Source: Minisyncoccota bacterium (GTDB taxonomy: Bacteria; Patescibacteriota; Minisyncoccia; Phycocordibacterales; JAQTLZ01). Taken from it: DNA of 51,631 nt. The position numbers and the translations under genes were made by a program. Under the pieces are notes generated by a model, which ran no database searches, was not told where the DNA came from, and saw only the letters and a list, made by a program, of their open reading frames with translations. The stretch covers positions 1-51,631 of the forward strand of contig JAQTTF010000001.1 of assembly GCA_028710915.1 (NCBI GenBank), in the 5' to 3' direction. This document shows, in pieces, positions 1 through 9,964 of the stretch (its first letter is position 1; the number at the start of each line of letters is the position of its first letter).

Positions 1-1518
1 CGCCGGATTTGCCATCTGGGCAGTACCAGTTTTTGCGGCCACGCTCCAATTTTTGAGCTTTACTGTGCCGTGCCGAAGAGCCTTGTCCACTACTTCTACA
101 AGCATCTTGGTGATAGCTTCCGAAGTCTCTTTTTTGAGCACTTGCATATCAACTCCACCAGTAAAAAGATCTTTTGAGAGCCCCACATTATACTTCAAAG
201 TCTTGATCACATGCGGGTCGATAAGAAATCCTCCGTTTGCAAGCGAAGAAAGAGCGCGAACAGTTTCAACCGGCGTTATTGCGATTCCCTGTCCGAACGC
301 GGCAGTCGCATGTTCAATATCTCGAGGACTTTTCAAGTTCTCAACGAGTCCAGCAGCTTCATTGGGAAGATCAATTCCCGTTTCTTCTCCAATTCCATAA
401 TTGAGCATATATTTCGAAAACAAATCCTTCCCCATTCTAAGAGCCACCGTCGCAGCGCCGGTATTCAAAGATTGATTGAGCACTTCCTGCATAGAAACAA
501 CGCCTCTTCCTTTAAAGTCAAAGTTGGAAATTTTTGACCCGTTCAGTTCAAGAAATCCTTTGTCATCGTAGGTAGAAGTAGCGGTTACGGTGCCAGAATC
601 GATTCCCGCTGCCATGGTAAGAGGTTTTATAATCGAACCCATTTCATAAACTCCTTCCACGAGAGGATCCGTAAAAACGTGAGGGTCTTTTTCGAGATTG
701 AAATTGTTTGGATCAAATGTGGGAAGCGACGCCATAGCATAAATATCGCCGTTTGTCGGATCTATAATAATCGCGCCGGAAGTATCGGGATTCCATTCGG
801 CCTGGAGGGATTTTAATTGCTTTTCAAGAAAAAGCTGCACCGAAGGCTCTATCGTAGAAACAATATCACCCTCTGCTTGTTTATTATCTACCAGAGTTTT
901 AGTGATATCGGAAAATATTTCGGCAAAGAAATTGACGTTTAAATTTTGATCGTTTCGGTTTAATTCCTCTTCGTAATATTTCTCCAATCCATATTGCCCA
1001 GCGAGCGTCTTGCCATCGGAACCTACAAATCCGAGCACATTTGCGGCCATCGTCATCCCTGGATAATACCTCCATTTTTCTTTATACAAAGAAACACCCG
1101 GGAGATTGAGGCTCTCAATTTTCTTCGCGCTTTCTTCATCGACTTTTCGAGCAACTTCTTCATAGGGATCAGTTTTCTTTTCAGCCTTCGCAAGAAAAGA
1201 TTCTTTAGAAAGCGGGATTACGCTCGAAATCTTTTCATACGTTGATTCCGGATCGAGAACTAATTTTGGATTGAGCGCGATAAGAAATCCGCTTTTTAAA
1301 GTAGCAGCGCTTACAAGATCCCCGCTTCTCGTCTGAAAGAAAATAGAACCTCTATCAAAGATATTTTCGTTCGGCTTTATATACTGGCGATCGGCTTTAT
1401 CACTATATAGGTGGCCGTCTACGACTTGGACAAGATATAATTTTGCAGTAATAAGAAGTGCAAAAAGGAAAAGTACCAGAGAAATAATGCGTATTCTTGA
1501 TAAGGAATTATTCTTCAT
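1..1518 (-). CDS. ftsI: Penicillin-binding protein 2 / FtsI-type transpeptidase (C-terminus runs off the window)
   Basis: Absent from the ORF track because no stop lies inside the window. My reverse-strand translation from the ATG (complement of 1516-1518) reads MKNNSLSRIRIISLVLFLFALLITAKLYLVQV... It has a TM anchor, then GSIIKP (SxxK), SLN (SxN) and KTGTA (KTG). The frame stays open to base 1, and the gene follows ftsL in dcw order. Confidence 0.85.
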   Translation of the reverse strand, partial: MKNNSLSRIRIISLVLFLFALLITAKLYLVQVVDGHLYSDKADRQYIKPNENIFDRGSIFFQTRSGDLVSAATLKSGFLIALNPKLVLDPESTYEKISSVIPLSKESFLAKAEKKTDPYEEVARKVDEESAKKIESLNLPGVSLYKEKWRYYPGMTMAANVLGFVGSDGKTLAGQYGLEKYYEEELNRNDQNLNVNFFAEIFSDITKTLVDNKQAEGDIVSTIEPSVQLFLEKQLKSLQAEWNPDTSGAIIIDPTNGDIYAMASLPTFDPNNFNLEKDPHVFTDPLVEGVYEMGSIIKPLTMAAGIDSGTVTATSTYDDKGFLELNGSKISNFDFKGRGVVSMQEVLNQSLNTGAATVALRMGKDLFSKYMLNYGIGEETGIDLPNEAAGLVENLKSPRDIEHATAAFGQGIAITPVETVRALSSLANGGFLIDPHVIKTLKYNVGLSKDLFTGGVDMQVLKKETSEAITKMLVEVVDKALRHGTVKLKNWSVAAKTGTAQMANPA

Positions 1519-1530
1519 GAGCTCTCGAAA

Positions 1531-1851
1531 TTACTCCACCGAGTTGAGGGAGAGTGCTTTCGAAAGCGCTGTGCGAGAAATAAAGACAGGATTTTGAACC
1601 GTCTGAAACCCAAGCGAAGATGCGAGGTCAAGTGTGATTGAATCCTTAAGAGTAATATAGCGCGATTCGAGCTCTCCTACCCCAGAACTGAGCGAGGCAA
1701 TGCGTTCTCCTGATTTTTGTCTTTCCACCACATTGCGAATTGTATGATTTAACAAATATGCATAGGAACAAAGCAATACGAGCAGGAGAAAAGCCGCACC
1801 CCAGAAAAAGAGTTTTTGATAGTGAATGAATTTTTCTATATTATTTCTCAT
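1531..1851 (-). CDS. ftsL: FtsL-like cell division membrane protein
   Basis: 106 aa with a single TM helix (FFWGAAFLLLVLLCSYAYLL). It sits between rsmH and ftsI and overlaps rsmH by 11 nt. The call rests on position and topology only. Confidence 0.55.
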   Translation of the reverse strand: MRNNIEKFIHYQKLFFWGAAFLLLVLLCSYAYLLNHTIRNVVERQKSGERIASLSSGVGELESRYITLKDSITLDLASSLGFQTVQNPVFISRTALSKALSLNSVE

Positions 1852-2740
1852 TTTTTTCTAAAATTCGCAGTTTCGAACTTCTTGAACGCGGATTTGCTAT
1901 TATTTCTTCCCTTGTCGGCGTAATCGGTTTTTTTGGCTCTAAAGTTGCTCCGTCTTCTTTTTCTTTTAATTTAAAAAAATGTTTTACAATTCTGTCTTCA
2001 ATACTATGGAATGATATGACTGCCATTCTTCCTTTCGGCGCAAGTGCTGTATATCCTTTTTCTAAACCCTCTCGAAGCGCTCTGATTTCGTCATTCACCG
2101 TAATTCGCAGTGCCTGGAATGTTTTTGTAGCGAAATGAGTTTTCTTGTGATGGTAGAGCGCCGGTGTTGAATTTTTGATTATCTCAACAAGCTCTCCTGT
2201 TGTTTCAATTGGCTTTACAGCCCTGGCTTCAATAATCCCCTTCGCAATCCGCCTTGAAAAAGTTTCTTCACCATATCCGTAAATTACATCTGCAATATTT
2301 TCTTCATCCCACGAGTTCAAAATTTCTTTTACCGTCAAATCGTTCTCAGTCGGTTTTTCTTTGAAGGTCATAAGGAGCGGCTCATCTTTTTGAAAAGAAA
2401 ATCCCCTTCCTGAATCTTCAAATTGGTTTGAAGAAAGTCCTAAGTCGTACAAAATCTTGTTTACTTTCGCAATACCATTTTTCTCGAGTACCCTATCCAA
2501 ATTTCGAAAGTTATCCTGCGCAAGCAAATACAGTGCGTTCTGCGCCGTTAGGCGTACCTCTGCTCGCTTAAGCGCACTTTCGTCCATATCGATTCCGATG
2601 ATTTGTACTTTCTGTCCGAAACGTTTGGCAACCTCTTCACTATGGCCGCCGCCGTTTATCGTACAATCGAGAAAGATATCACCATTTGTAATCTGTAATC
2701 CATCTATTGATTCTTGTAAAAGAACACTCGTATGCGTCAT
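1841..2740 (-). CDS. rsmH: 16S rRNA (cytosine1402-N4)-methyltransferase RsmH
   Basis: 299 aa. Carries the LDCTINGGGHSE SAM-binding motif, YDLGLSSNQ and ISFHSIEDRIVK. Overlaps mraZ by 4 nt (ATGA). Confidence 0.9.
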   Translation of the reverse strand: MTHTSVLLQESIDGLQITNGDIFLDCTINGGGHSEEVAKRFGQKVQIIGIDMDESALKRAEVRLTAQNALYLLAQDNFRNLDRVLEKNGIAKVNKILYDLGLSSNQFEDSGRGFSFQKDEPLLMTFKEKPTENDLTVKEILNSWDEENIADVIYGYGEETFSRRIAKGIIEARAVKPIETTGELVEIIKNSTPALYHHKKTHFATKTFQALRITVNDEIRALREGLEKGYTALAPKGRMAVISFHSIEDRIVKHFFKLKEKEDGATLEPKKPITPTREEIIANPRSRSSKLRILEKNEK

Positions 2741-3171
2741 AGGATTCCAACCTGTCCGAGTTTTTCCGCCAATGTATCGGCCTGTTTCTCAACTACCTTC
2801 TTATATTCACCCCACGCTTTCTCGTTCCAAATTTCCGCTCTATTTTCTACTCCGATAATCGCCACTTTTTCTCCCAAATGAGATCTCTCGCGAAGAAAGT
2901 CTGGAACCAAAATACGTCCAAGCGAATCAACTTCCGCTTCTACGGCGCCTCCGAACATAAACCGGTTGAAGCTCCGGTTGTCTGCCGACAGCATAGACGA
3001 TTGCGAAAGCTTCCCCGAAATCTTTTCCCATTCCTTTTGGGCAAACACGAATAAACAATTGTCGAGCCCGGGAGTGAGCACCACTTTTTTCCCCATTTCT
3101 TTTCGAAACTTTACCGGAAGAGACAGCCGGTTTTTGTCGTCTATTGTGTGAGTGTATTCTCCTATGAGCAT
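2737..3171 (-). CDS. mraZ: Transcriptional regulator MraZ
   Basis: 144 aa with two SpoVT/AbrB-like halves (IDDKNRLSLPVKFR and VDSLGRILVPDFLR). It is the first gene of the dcw cluster. Confidence 0.9.
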   Translation of the reverse strand: MLIGEYTHTIDDKNRLSLPVKFRKEMGKKVVLTPGLDNCLFVFAQKEWEKISGKLSQSSMLSADNRSFNRFMFGGAVEAEVDSLGRILVPDFLRERSHLGEKVAIIGVENRAEIWNEKAWGEYKKVVEKQADTLAEKLGQVGIL

Positions 3172-3198
3172 ATGATTTCATACTATGTTAGACGTTTA

Positions 3199-3264
3199 CC
3201 ACTCTATCCCACTTACAATACAGTCTATACCACTTCATTCCACAATACTATAGACTTATCCACA
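3199..3264 (-). promoter_or_regulatory. Array of five phased GTGG boxes upstream of mraZ (putative MraZ operator)
   Basis: Plus-strand CCAC(T/A) occurs at 3199, 3209, 3230, 3240 and 3260, which reads (A/T)GTGG on the gene strand. Spacings are 10, 21, 10 and 20 nt. The array lies 28-93 nt upstream of the mraZ ATG. Confidence 0.55.
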
Positions 3265-3303
3265 ACGAAATTATTACAAGGGAAAACAGCATGAGACGAA
3301 AAA

Positions 3304-3322
3304 ATCGGCCCAGAGGGCCGAT
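3304..3322 (-). terminator. Bidirectional stem-loop terminator downstream of alr
   Basis: ATCGGCCC-aga-GGGCCGAT is flanked by A6 on one side and T6 on the other. Confidence 0.7.
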
Positions 3323-3348
3323 TTTTTCGTCATTATTCGCTGTAATCT

Positions 3349-4554
3349 CTAGAAATAAAGGCGTTTGATAAGCGGATTAATTCGCGTAATTACCTCATTT
3401 TGAAAAGTATCCGCGTGATTGGCAAGCTCATAGACATCAATACACTCTTTTCCATCCTTTCCAATAAGCGTCACAACATCGCCAACATTTACTTGGGGAA
3501 TATCCGTACAATCGATAATGATCATATCCATCGAGACAAGCCCTATAATCTGCGCGCGCTTCCCGTTTAAAAGCACTTCAGCATTGTTGGACAAAGCACG
3601 CGGAAGCCCTTGCCAATATCCAACCGGACAAATTGCAATCTTTGCATTTGACGAAAGTTTATAAGTCAGTTCATAGCCGACAGATTCTCCTGCTCCAATT
3701 TCTTTTACTTCTGAGACAAGAGTCCTCCAAGAAAGTATCGGAGTGAGTTTTATTTTTTTCTCAAAAACTTCTCTTAGCTTATGAGACGGCCAAAGCCCAA
3801 AAAGACCGGAAGCAATGCGAACCATATCAAAATCCGCCTCTGGATATAAAAGAGCTCCCGCTGTTGCGCCAGCATGCGTAATGAGAGGAAATCCTGCTGT
3901 TTCAAAGCTTTTCTTCCATTCTAGAAATTGACTGATTTGACCTCTCGTATATTCAAGTGAAGACGGATCCTTCGCTTGCGCAAAGTGTGTGTACAGCCCT
4001 TCTACTTCTATGAAATCTTTAAATCTTTTTAATACTGAAAATAATTTTTCTTTCTGATCTCTAAGAAATCCCTGCCGATGCATTCCCGTATCAACTTCAA
4101 TATGAATTTTGATTTTCGCACCACGAAAATCATGTCGAAAGATGTCCAGCCCGGGGCGGACGAGATTTTCGACTATCTTCTTCGATAGTTTTTCTTTTGG
4201 GAGATTCTCAAAAAATGCAAAGCTTGAGACAGTGAGAGAAATATCTTTCTCTGCCGCTTCAGCGACAAGTTCCGGCAAAGTAAATCCAAGGACAAGCATA
4301 GGCAGAGCGATTCCCTCTCTTCGCAAACTAAATCCTTCAACAACAGAATCTACGCCGATCCAATCAGCGCCAAGTTTAGAAATCTCTTTGGAGAAGTCGA
4401 TGAGACTGTGGCCATAGGCGTTGGATTTCACCACTGCCATCATTTTGCAGGTCTTGGGAAGGATGCCTCGGAGCGAATCATAATTTTTCTTTATTGCTCC
4501 CGTATCTACTTCAATCCAAGTGCGAAGCCCAGAACGCATTTCTTTCGTAATCAT
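3349..4554 (-). CDS. alr: Alanine racemase
   Basis: Carries the PLP-lysine motif AVVKSNAYGHS and an alanine racemase C-terminal domain. The ORF extends to 4608, but the internal ATG at 4554 (MITKEM...) gives a normal N-terminus. Confidence 0.85.
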   Translation of the reverse strand: MITKEMRSGLRTWIEVDTGAIKKNYDSLRGILPKTCKMMAVVKSNAYGHSLIDFSKEISKLGADWIGVDSVVEGFSLRREGIALPMLVLGFTLPELVAEAAEKDISLTVSSFAFFENLPKEKLSKKIVENLVRPGLDIFRHDFRGAKIKIHIEVDTGMHRQGFLRDQKEKLFSVLKRFKDFIEVEGLYTHFAQAKDPSSLEYTRGQISQFLEWKKSFETAGFPLITHAGATAGALLYPEADFDMVRIASGLFGLWPSHKLREVFEKKIKLTPILSWRTLVSEVKEIGAGESVGYELTYKLSSNAKIAICPVGYWQGLPRALSNNAEVLLNGKRAQIIGLVSMDMIIIDCTDIPQVNVGDVVTLIGKDGKECIDVYELANHADTFQNEVITRINPLIKRLYF

Positions 4555-4768
4555 AGCCTTCAAAATAGCAGTTTTTGGGACTCTCCACAACCGATCTCGC
4601 CCTTTCAATATTTTTTACTGTATACTAAATCTATTAAAAGGTAACAAATTTATTCACCCGCCAAAGTTTTCAGGGTGCATAAAATAAAATAGATTTTTTT
4701 AATTAATTCACAATTTTCTATAAAGCTTGAACTAGCATTAAGCCATAGTAGAAAATTTAGGCGGGTAA

Positions 4769-5845
4769 ATGAAAAAGATATTCCTCTTTACTATAATTTT
4801 GAGTCTCTTCGGTTCTGTTTCTGTTGCACGAGCGATTAGTACTACGACCGACCAAATTATTGCTACCACGACACCGGCAGTTTTAGCGACTCCGATGCCA
4901 ATTCATGGAGGAACAAGTTATGACACTGCCACCCCTTTAAGCTTCGGTTCTTATACTCTCGATCACAATCAGAAAAATGGGAATTACGATTATTTCACTT
5001 TGCCGGCAACTCCTGGGAATACTTTTACCATCACTCTCATTACGTCTGATAAAGGAGTTGGCTATGATGCCCCCTCAAATTCCTTTGTTCCAAGCAACCA
5101 GATAAACGCGGGACTTCGAATTATGGACAAAGACCATACGGATATTAACGATATTAGCATTGTGACAGCGCTCCAAAAAGACTCCATTGTCTACACGCCA
5201 AATTCAACAAGCACCCTCTATCTACTCGTGGGACCTCTGCAGACTGAATACTCGAATGTGTATTATTCGATGAACAAAGATACGATATTTAAAATTGAGA
5301 GCGGTGCACCGACTCCAGTGCCAGCTACCCCTACGCCCGATCTTGGAGCAATTCCGACTCCAAATCCCGATACAACAGGGACAAATCTTTTTAGCGGAAC
5401 AATGCTCTATGTAATTATCGGAATCGGAGTGCTTATCCTTCTTCTCCTCATTATTCTCATCGCAAAAATGTCGAAAAGAAACAAGCCTCCGCAAATTCCT
5501 CCATCGATGATGCCTCCAACAATGCGACCTCCGACATATACACCTCCATCATCTATGCCGCCAGGAACCGCACCGATGTCTATACCGACTCCTCCAATGC
5601 AGAGGCCACCAATGTACACTCCACCGGCAACTATGGCGCCGCCAGTGCAAGTTATGCCGACAGTTCCAATCCAGCCTCCAAGGCCAGCTTATGTCCCTCC
5701 AACAGTTACACCGCCAGTAATGACTACCCCACCCGCTCCAGTAACTCCGACATCGATGCCAACAACTCCTCCTCCAACTCCTCTACAACAAACTCCTCCG
5801 GCTCCACCAGCACCTACTCGAACAATGCCGCCAAGTGGATTGTAG
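4769..5845 (+). CDS. Bitopic surface protein: signal peptide, about 190-aa ectodomain, TM helix, about 125-aa Pro-rich tail
   Basis: Signal peptide is MKKIFLFTIILSLFGSVSVARA. The TM helix is LYVIIGIGVLILLLLIILIA, followed by KMSKRNK. The tail is rich in PPxY-like units (PPTYTPP, PPMYTPP, PAYVPP). Confidence 0.6.
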   Translation: MKKIFLFTIILSLFGSVSVARAISTTTDQIIATTTPAVLATPMPIHGGTSYDTATPLSFGSYTLDHNQKNGNYDYFTLPATPGNTFTITLITSDKGVGYDAPSNSFVPSNQINAGLRIMDKDHTDINDISIVTALQKDSIVYTPNSTSTLYLLVGPLQTEYSNVYYSMNKDTIFKIESGAPTPVPATPTPDLGAIPTPNPDTTGTNLFSGTMLYVIIGIGVLILLLLIILIAKMSKRNKPPQIPPSMMPPTMRPPTYTPPSSMPPGTAPMSIPTPPMQRPPMYTPPATMAPPVQVMPTVPIQPPRPAYVPPTVTPPVMTTPPAPVTPTSMPTTPPPTPLQQTPPAPPAPTRTMPPSGL

Positions 5846-5928
5846 AAACGAAAAACTTCCGCTTTCGCGGAAGTTTTTTGATATTGTTTTTTAGAGAATT
5901 TTCTGTTACCTTTGTAGAGTAATTATAT

Positions 5929-6011
5929 GCGCCGGTCGTATAGCGGCTATTACAGGAGACTGTAAATCTCCCGCCCATTGGGCATCGTTGGTTCGAGTCC
6001 AACCCGGCGCA
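5929..6011 (+). tRNA. tRNA-Tyr (GTA), long variable arm, no encoded CCA
   Basis: Acceptor GCGCCGG/CCGGCGC. Anticodon arm GGAGA-CTGTAAA-TCTCC. T arm GTTGG-TTCGAGT-CCAAC. Discriminator A, followed by CAA. Confidence 0.9.
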
Positions 6012-6058
6012 CAAAGTAAAGAAAGTCTGCACTACTGCAGATTTTCTTACGTTGTGCG
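6007..6058 (+). other. Long imperfect hairpin that includes the last nucleotides of tRNA-Tyr
   Basis: CGCACAAAGTAAAGAAAGTCTGCA-ctac-TGCAGATTTTCTTACGTTGTGCG. The left arm starts inside the acceptor 3' strand. Confidence 0.7.
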
Positions 6059-6101
6059 AGCCGCAGTCATATTTTTTCAGTAGAAAAAATAGACGAGGCA
6101 G

Positions 6102-6146
6102 GGTCGTGAAAATTATTTTGTGACGACAAAATAATTATTCCTGACC
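6102..6146. repeat. GGTC...GACC AT-rich hairpin repeat (copy A)
   Basis: GGTCGTGAAAATTATTTTGT-gacg-ACAAAATAATTATTCCTGACC. A shorter related hairpin lies at 6067-6094 (GTCATATTTTTTC-agta-GAAAAAATAGAC). Confidence 0.65.
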
Positions 6147-6156
6147 ACAAATAAAA

Positions 6157-6200
6157 AACCAATTAGGACACTGGTCGTGTAACGACCGAGATTCCAACCC
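6157..6200 (+). ncRNA. tRNA-linked conserved RNA core motif, copy A (most diverged)
   Basis: AACCAATTAGGACACTG-GGTCG-tgtaa-CGACC-GAGATTCCAACCC. It ends in TCCAACCC, identical to tRNA-Tyr 5998-6005. Confidence 0.5.
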
Positions 6201-6229
6201 ACACAAATTTTTTCTTTTATATAAACAAA

Positions 6230-6260
6230 GAACCGCCGAGAGAAGCGCGGTCGGCGGTTC
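6230..6260 (-). terminator. Rho-independent terminator of the 6284-6982 gene
   Basis: GAACCGCCGA...TCGGCGGTTC stem, followed on the minus strand by TTTGTTT. Confidence 0.65.
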
Positions 6261-6283
6261 TTCGGCGGTAAATCTACATCTTG

Positions 6284-6982
6284 CTATTTCTTTTGGTTCT
6301 CCTTTTCTGGCGGTTTAGAGTTCTTCTCGCGCTCTATTTGTTCTAACGCCCGAGAAAGCGCTCGGAAAAAGGCTTCTTCCTCCTCATGTCCAGCGTTCCG
6401 CTCCCATTGTTCTTCGGCGGCTTTATGGGGGTTTTCAGTCGTAGTCGCCCCTTTGTCTGCTGTTGGGTCATAACCCAAGACCTCGACGACCCTCTTATGC
6501 TGTTCATCGTCCCGTTTGAGATCCTCTTTGAGTGCCTCGTCAGCACGCTCCATAGCCTCCTTGGCCTTGCGGAGCGTCTCGACTGTCTTCTCATCATATG
6601 TCTGAAGCCCCTTTTCAAGCTCCGCTATAAATTGGGGGCTGGGCTCCATCCCCATTTCTTTCATGCCCTTTTTGTACGCTGCAACAACTTCAAGGTCATC
6701 CTTCGCCTCGGTTATCTTCCCACATGCCGTGACAAATTTTGTACACAGCTTTTCTGTCTCCGCCGCGGATTTTTCCAGACTATCCACGCGCTTTTGCAAC
6801 TTCTCGATGGTCGCCTTCTGCTCCGCAATCAGGGCATCATCAACGGCGATTTTCTGCCGCTGGTGTTCAATGAGTTGCTCTTGAGTCACGGGGACAATCC
6901 CCGCGCCTTGCGGCAAATCATTCGCCAGTGCGATCGCAGAGAACAGCGCCAACACAACGAGAGAAAGATGAGTGAATTTCAC
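6284..6982 (-). CDS. Secreted coiled-coil protein, function unknown (GC-richer than its neighbours)
   Basis: GTG start is preceded by GGAGGG at a 6-nt spacing. Signal peptide is MKFTHLSLVVLALFSAIALA, and the rest is a charged heptad-like sequence. The opposite-strand ORF 6386-7231 is treated as a shadow. Confidence 0.65.
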   Translation of the reverse strand: MKFTHLSLVVLALFSAIALANDLPQGAGIVPVTQEQLIEHQRQKIAVDDALIAEQKATIEKLQKRVDSLEKSAAETEKLCTKFVTACGKITEAKDDLEVVAAYKKGMKEMGMEPSPQFIAELEKGLQTYDEKTVETLRKAKEAMERADEALKEDLKRDDEQHKRVVEVLGYDPTADKGATTTENPHKAAEEQWERNAGHEEEEAFFRALSRALEQIEREKNSKPPEKENQKK

Positions 6983-7142
6983 AAAGAACCCTCCAAAATT
7001 GCTCGAGGACCATTCCTGAGCTATATCATAATGATGTATATATCATATTTTGTCAAGTTTCTGTTTTTACCCCGTTTCCCAGTACAGCGCAAAAAACAAC
7101 AAAAAAATTCCGTGAAAGCAGAATTTTTTTGTTTCGCATTTA

Positions 7143-9833
7143 TTATTTCACCCCCTGACCTTTCCCTACCCGCACATCAGAGACGACACTTTTTTTATCT
7201 CTTCGCCCAACTTTTTTCACTTCAAAAATAAATTCTTTCTCTTTCATACCGACAGAAATAATCCCCCCTCTCATAAGTCCTTTTGAAATCATCAGATTTG
7301 CAACAGGTGTCATAAGCTTGTCTTGAATAAGCCTTTTCAAAGGTCGCGCACCATATTGAGGATTGTAGCCTTCTTTTGCCAAGTAGGTGAGCACCACATC
7401 TTCAACCTCGAGAGAAATTTCTTTTGACAGAAGTCGATCTTTCACTACACCAATCTGAATATCTACAATTTCTTTAATCGCTTCTTCGTTCAAGATATCG
7501 AAGACGATCACATCATCAAGACGATTCAAAAATTCCGGTCGAAAATGATCCTTGAGAGCATTCTGTACTTTTGATTTTATTTCTTGATAATCGCTCTTTG
7601 GATTTCCCGCGTTGAAACCGATCTTCTGCATCTTATCGATATAGCTTGCGCCAATATTTGAGGTCAAGACAATGATCGTATTTTTAAAATTGACCACTCT
7701 TCCCTTTGCATCGGTTAGTCTTCCGTTATCAAGAACTTGGAGAAGAATATTGAATACTTCTGGATGTGCTTTTTCAATTTCGTCAAAGAGAATAATCGAA
7801 TACGGTCGATGTCGAACAAGTTCTGTGATGCCTCCGCCTTCGTCGTAGCCCACATAGCCCGGAGGCGAACCGATAATTTTTGAAACCGAATGCTTCTCCA
7901 TATATTCAGACATATCCACACGGATGAGCGCCTTTTCATCGTCAAACATAAATTTCGCAAGCGCTTTGGTAAGCTCTGTCTTTCCCACTCCGGTAGGACC
8001 AAGGAAAATGAACGAGCCGATAGGACGATTTGGATCTGCAACTCCCACGCGAGAACGCTTTACAGCATCGGAAATTTTTCGTACCGCTTCATCCTGACCC
8101 TTGATTCTTGACTTAAGTTCTTCTTCCATTCGAGCGAGTTTCCCTGCTTCTTCCTCAAGCATTCGGGTAACAGGAATCCCCGTCCATTTTGAGACAATGG
8201 AAGCAATATCATTTTCAACAATTTCTTCTTTGAGAATTCGGCGAGAACTCTGGAGCTTCTTGAGTCTCTTTATTTTCGTTTCAAGTTCTTTTTCAAATTC
8301 CGGAATTTTTCCATAGCGAATTTCTGCAGCTCTAGAAAGATCAGAATGGGCTTCGGCGCTTTCTCCCTCCATACGAAGAGATTCAAGTTCTTTCTTAATA
8401 GTTTTTATTTCAGAAATCGTCTCTTTTTCATTTTTCCATTTGAGTTCGATTTCAGAAGTCTTTTCTTTCAGATCAGCAATTTCTTTCTGAATTTTAGAAA
8501 CGCGGGCCTTTGCCACTTTAGAAGTTTCTGCTTCCTTTTTAAGAGCCTCTTTTTCAATTTCAAGACGCATCACTTTTCGATGGGTCTCTTCGAGTGCCGG
8601 GGGCATATCCTCAAGAGAAATTTTGAGTGAAGATGCGGCTTCATCGATAAGATCAACTGCTTTATCAGGCAAGAATCTATCGCTTATATAACGACTCGAA
8701 AGATTTACAGCAGCAACAATTGCATCATCAGTAATTCGCACCCCGTGGAAAAGCTCATATTTTTCTTTGAGGCCTCGAAGAATGGCGATAGCATCATCGA
8801 TCGAAGGCTCGCTTACGTGTACCGGCTGAAAACGTCTTGTGAGCGCGGGATCTTTCTCGATATGACGCTGATACTCCTTAAGCGTTGTCGCTCCGATTGC
8901 GCGAAGCTCTCCCCGAGCCAAAGCAGGCTTGAGCATATTTGAAGCATCCATAGAACCTTCTGCCGCACCAGCGCCGACAATCGTATGAATTTCATCGATG
9001 AAAAGAATAATTCTTCCTTCCGAACGTTCTACTTCCTTAATGATATTCTTGAGACGCTCTTCAAATTCTCCTCGGTATTTGGTACCCGCAATGAGAGAGC
9101 CGAGATCAAGTGACACAAGCTCGCGATCTTTAAGAGATTCTGGAACATCGCCTAGGGCCATCCTAATAGCGAGTCCTTCAGCAATAGCTGTCTTTCCGAC
9201 TCCGGCTTCGCCGATAAGCATCGGATTATTTTTGGTTCGGCGGGAAAGAATCTGGATAATGCGGGAAATCTCGGTGTCTCGGCCAATAACTGGATCCAAT
9301 TTATTTTCTCTGGCAAGCTTGGTCAAACTTCTGGTGTATTTCGAAAGTGATTTAAATTTCTTTGGCTGATTTACATCGGTAATTTTTGCGGTGCGCAATT
9401 CTTCGAGCACGCGAAGTACTCCCTCTTTTTCGATTCGAAAACGAGAAAGAATTTCCCGGGCGCTTCCCGGCACATCAAGGATAGCGATAAAGAGATGTTC
9501 TGTTGAAACGAATTCGTCTTTCAGTCCGGCAGCAATTTTCGAAGATTTCTCGATTGCTTCAGCAAGCTCTGGAGTAAGATAAATCTGATACGAAGGAGCA
9601 ACAACTGCTCCAGATTCCGGGCCTTCAATCGACTCGATGAGCGAATCTGTAAGAAGAAGGGTGTCAATTTCCAGCTTATCGAGAATAGAGGTAACCATAC
9701 TCTCTTCTTGGAGAAGGAGGGCTGTGAGAAGATGGAGCGGATTTACATGATTTTGTCCGCGTTCAATCGCAAGCTCATGAGCCCTGCGGATCGCCTCCTT
9801 TGCTTTTGTGGTGAAATGGTTGAATGGGGGCAT
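7143..9833 (-). CDS. clpB: ATP-dependent chaperone ClpB
   Basis: 896 aa. Has a Clp N domain, two AAA+ modules (GEAGVGKT and GPTGVGKT), a long coiled-coil M domain, and the sensor motif GARPLKR. Confidence 0.95.
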   Translation of the reverse strand: MPPFNHFTTKAKEAIRRAHELAIERGQNHVNPLHLLTALLLQEESMVTSILDKLEIDTLLLTDSLIESIEGPESGAVVAPSYQIYLTPELAEAIEKSSKIAAGLKDEFVSTEHLFIAILDVPGSAREILSRFRIEKEGVLRVLEELRTAKITDVNQPKKFKSLSKYTRSLTKLARENKLDPVIGRDTEISRIIQILSRRTKNNPMLIGEAGVGKTAIAEGLAIRMALGDVPESLKDRELVSLDLGSLIAGTKYRGEFEERLKNIIKEVERSEGRIILFIDEIHTIVGAGAAEGSMDASNMLKPALARGELRAIGATTLKEYQRHIEKDPALTRRFQPVHVSEPSIDDAIAILRGLKEKYELFHGVRITDDAIVAAVNLSSRYISDRFLPDKAVDLIDEAASSLKISLEDMPPALEETHRKVMRLEIEKEALKKEAETSKVAKARVSKIQKEIADLKEKTSEIELKWKNEKETISEIKTIKKELESLRMEGESAEAHSDLSRAAEIRYGKIPEFEKELETKIKRLKKLQSSRRILKEEIVENDIASIVSKWTGIPVTRMLEEEAGKLARMEEELKSRIKGQDEAVRKISDAVKRSRVGVADPNRPIGSFIFLGPTGVGKTELTKALAKFMFDDEKALIRVDMSEYMEKHSVSKIIGSPPGYVGYDEGGGITELVRHRPYSIILFDEIEKAHPEVFNILLQVLDNGRLTDAKGRVVNFKNTIIVLTSNIGASYIDKMQKIGFNAGNPKSDYQEIKSKVQNALKDHFRPEFLNRLDDVIVFDILNEEAIKEIVDIQIGVVKDRLLSKEISLEVEDVVLTYLAKEGYNPQYGARPLKRLIQDKLMTPVANLMISKGLMRGGIISVGMKEKEFIFEVKKVGRRDKKSVVSDVRVGKGQGVK

Positions 9834-9964
9834 TTGGGTAGTTTATTAACTTATAGAAAAATACTGAATACTACATACTTTATGCCGCATACTTCATACT
9901 TATCTTACGTATTATACAGTCAAAAAGGCGCAAATCAAATTTGCCCTTATTTTGTAGGAAAAAG

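Noticed and set aside
6386-7231. 281-aa plus-strand ORF
   Set aside because: It is antisense to the 6284-6982 gene, which has a GGAGGG ribosome site, a signal peptide and a terminator. The plus-strand product is low-complexity, has no start context, and runs into the clpB 3' end. I treat it as a shadow ORF.
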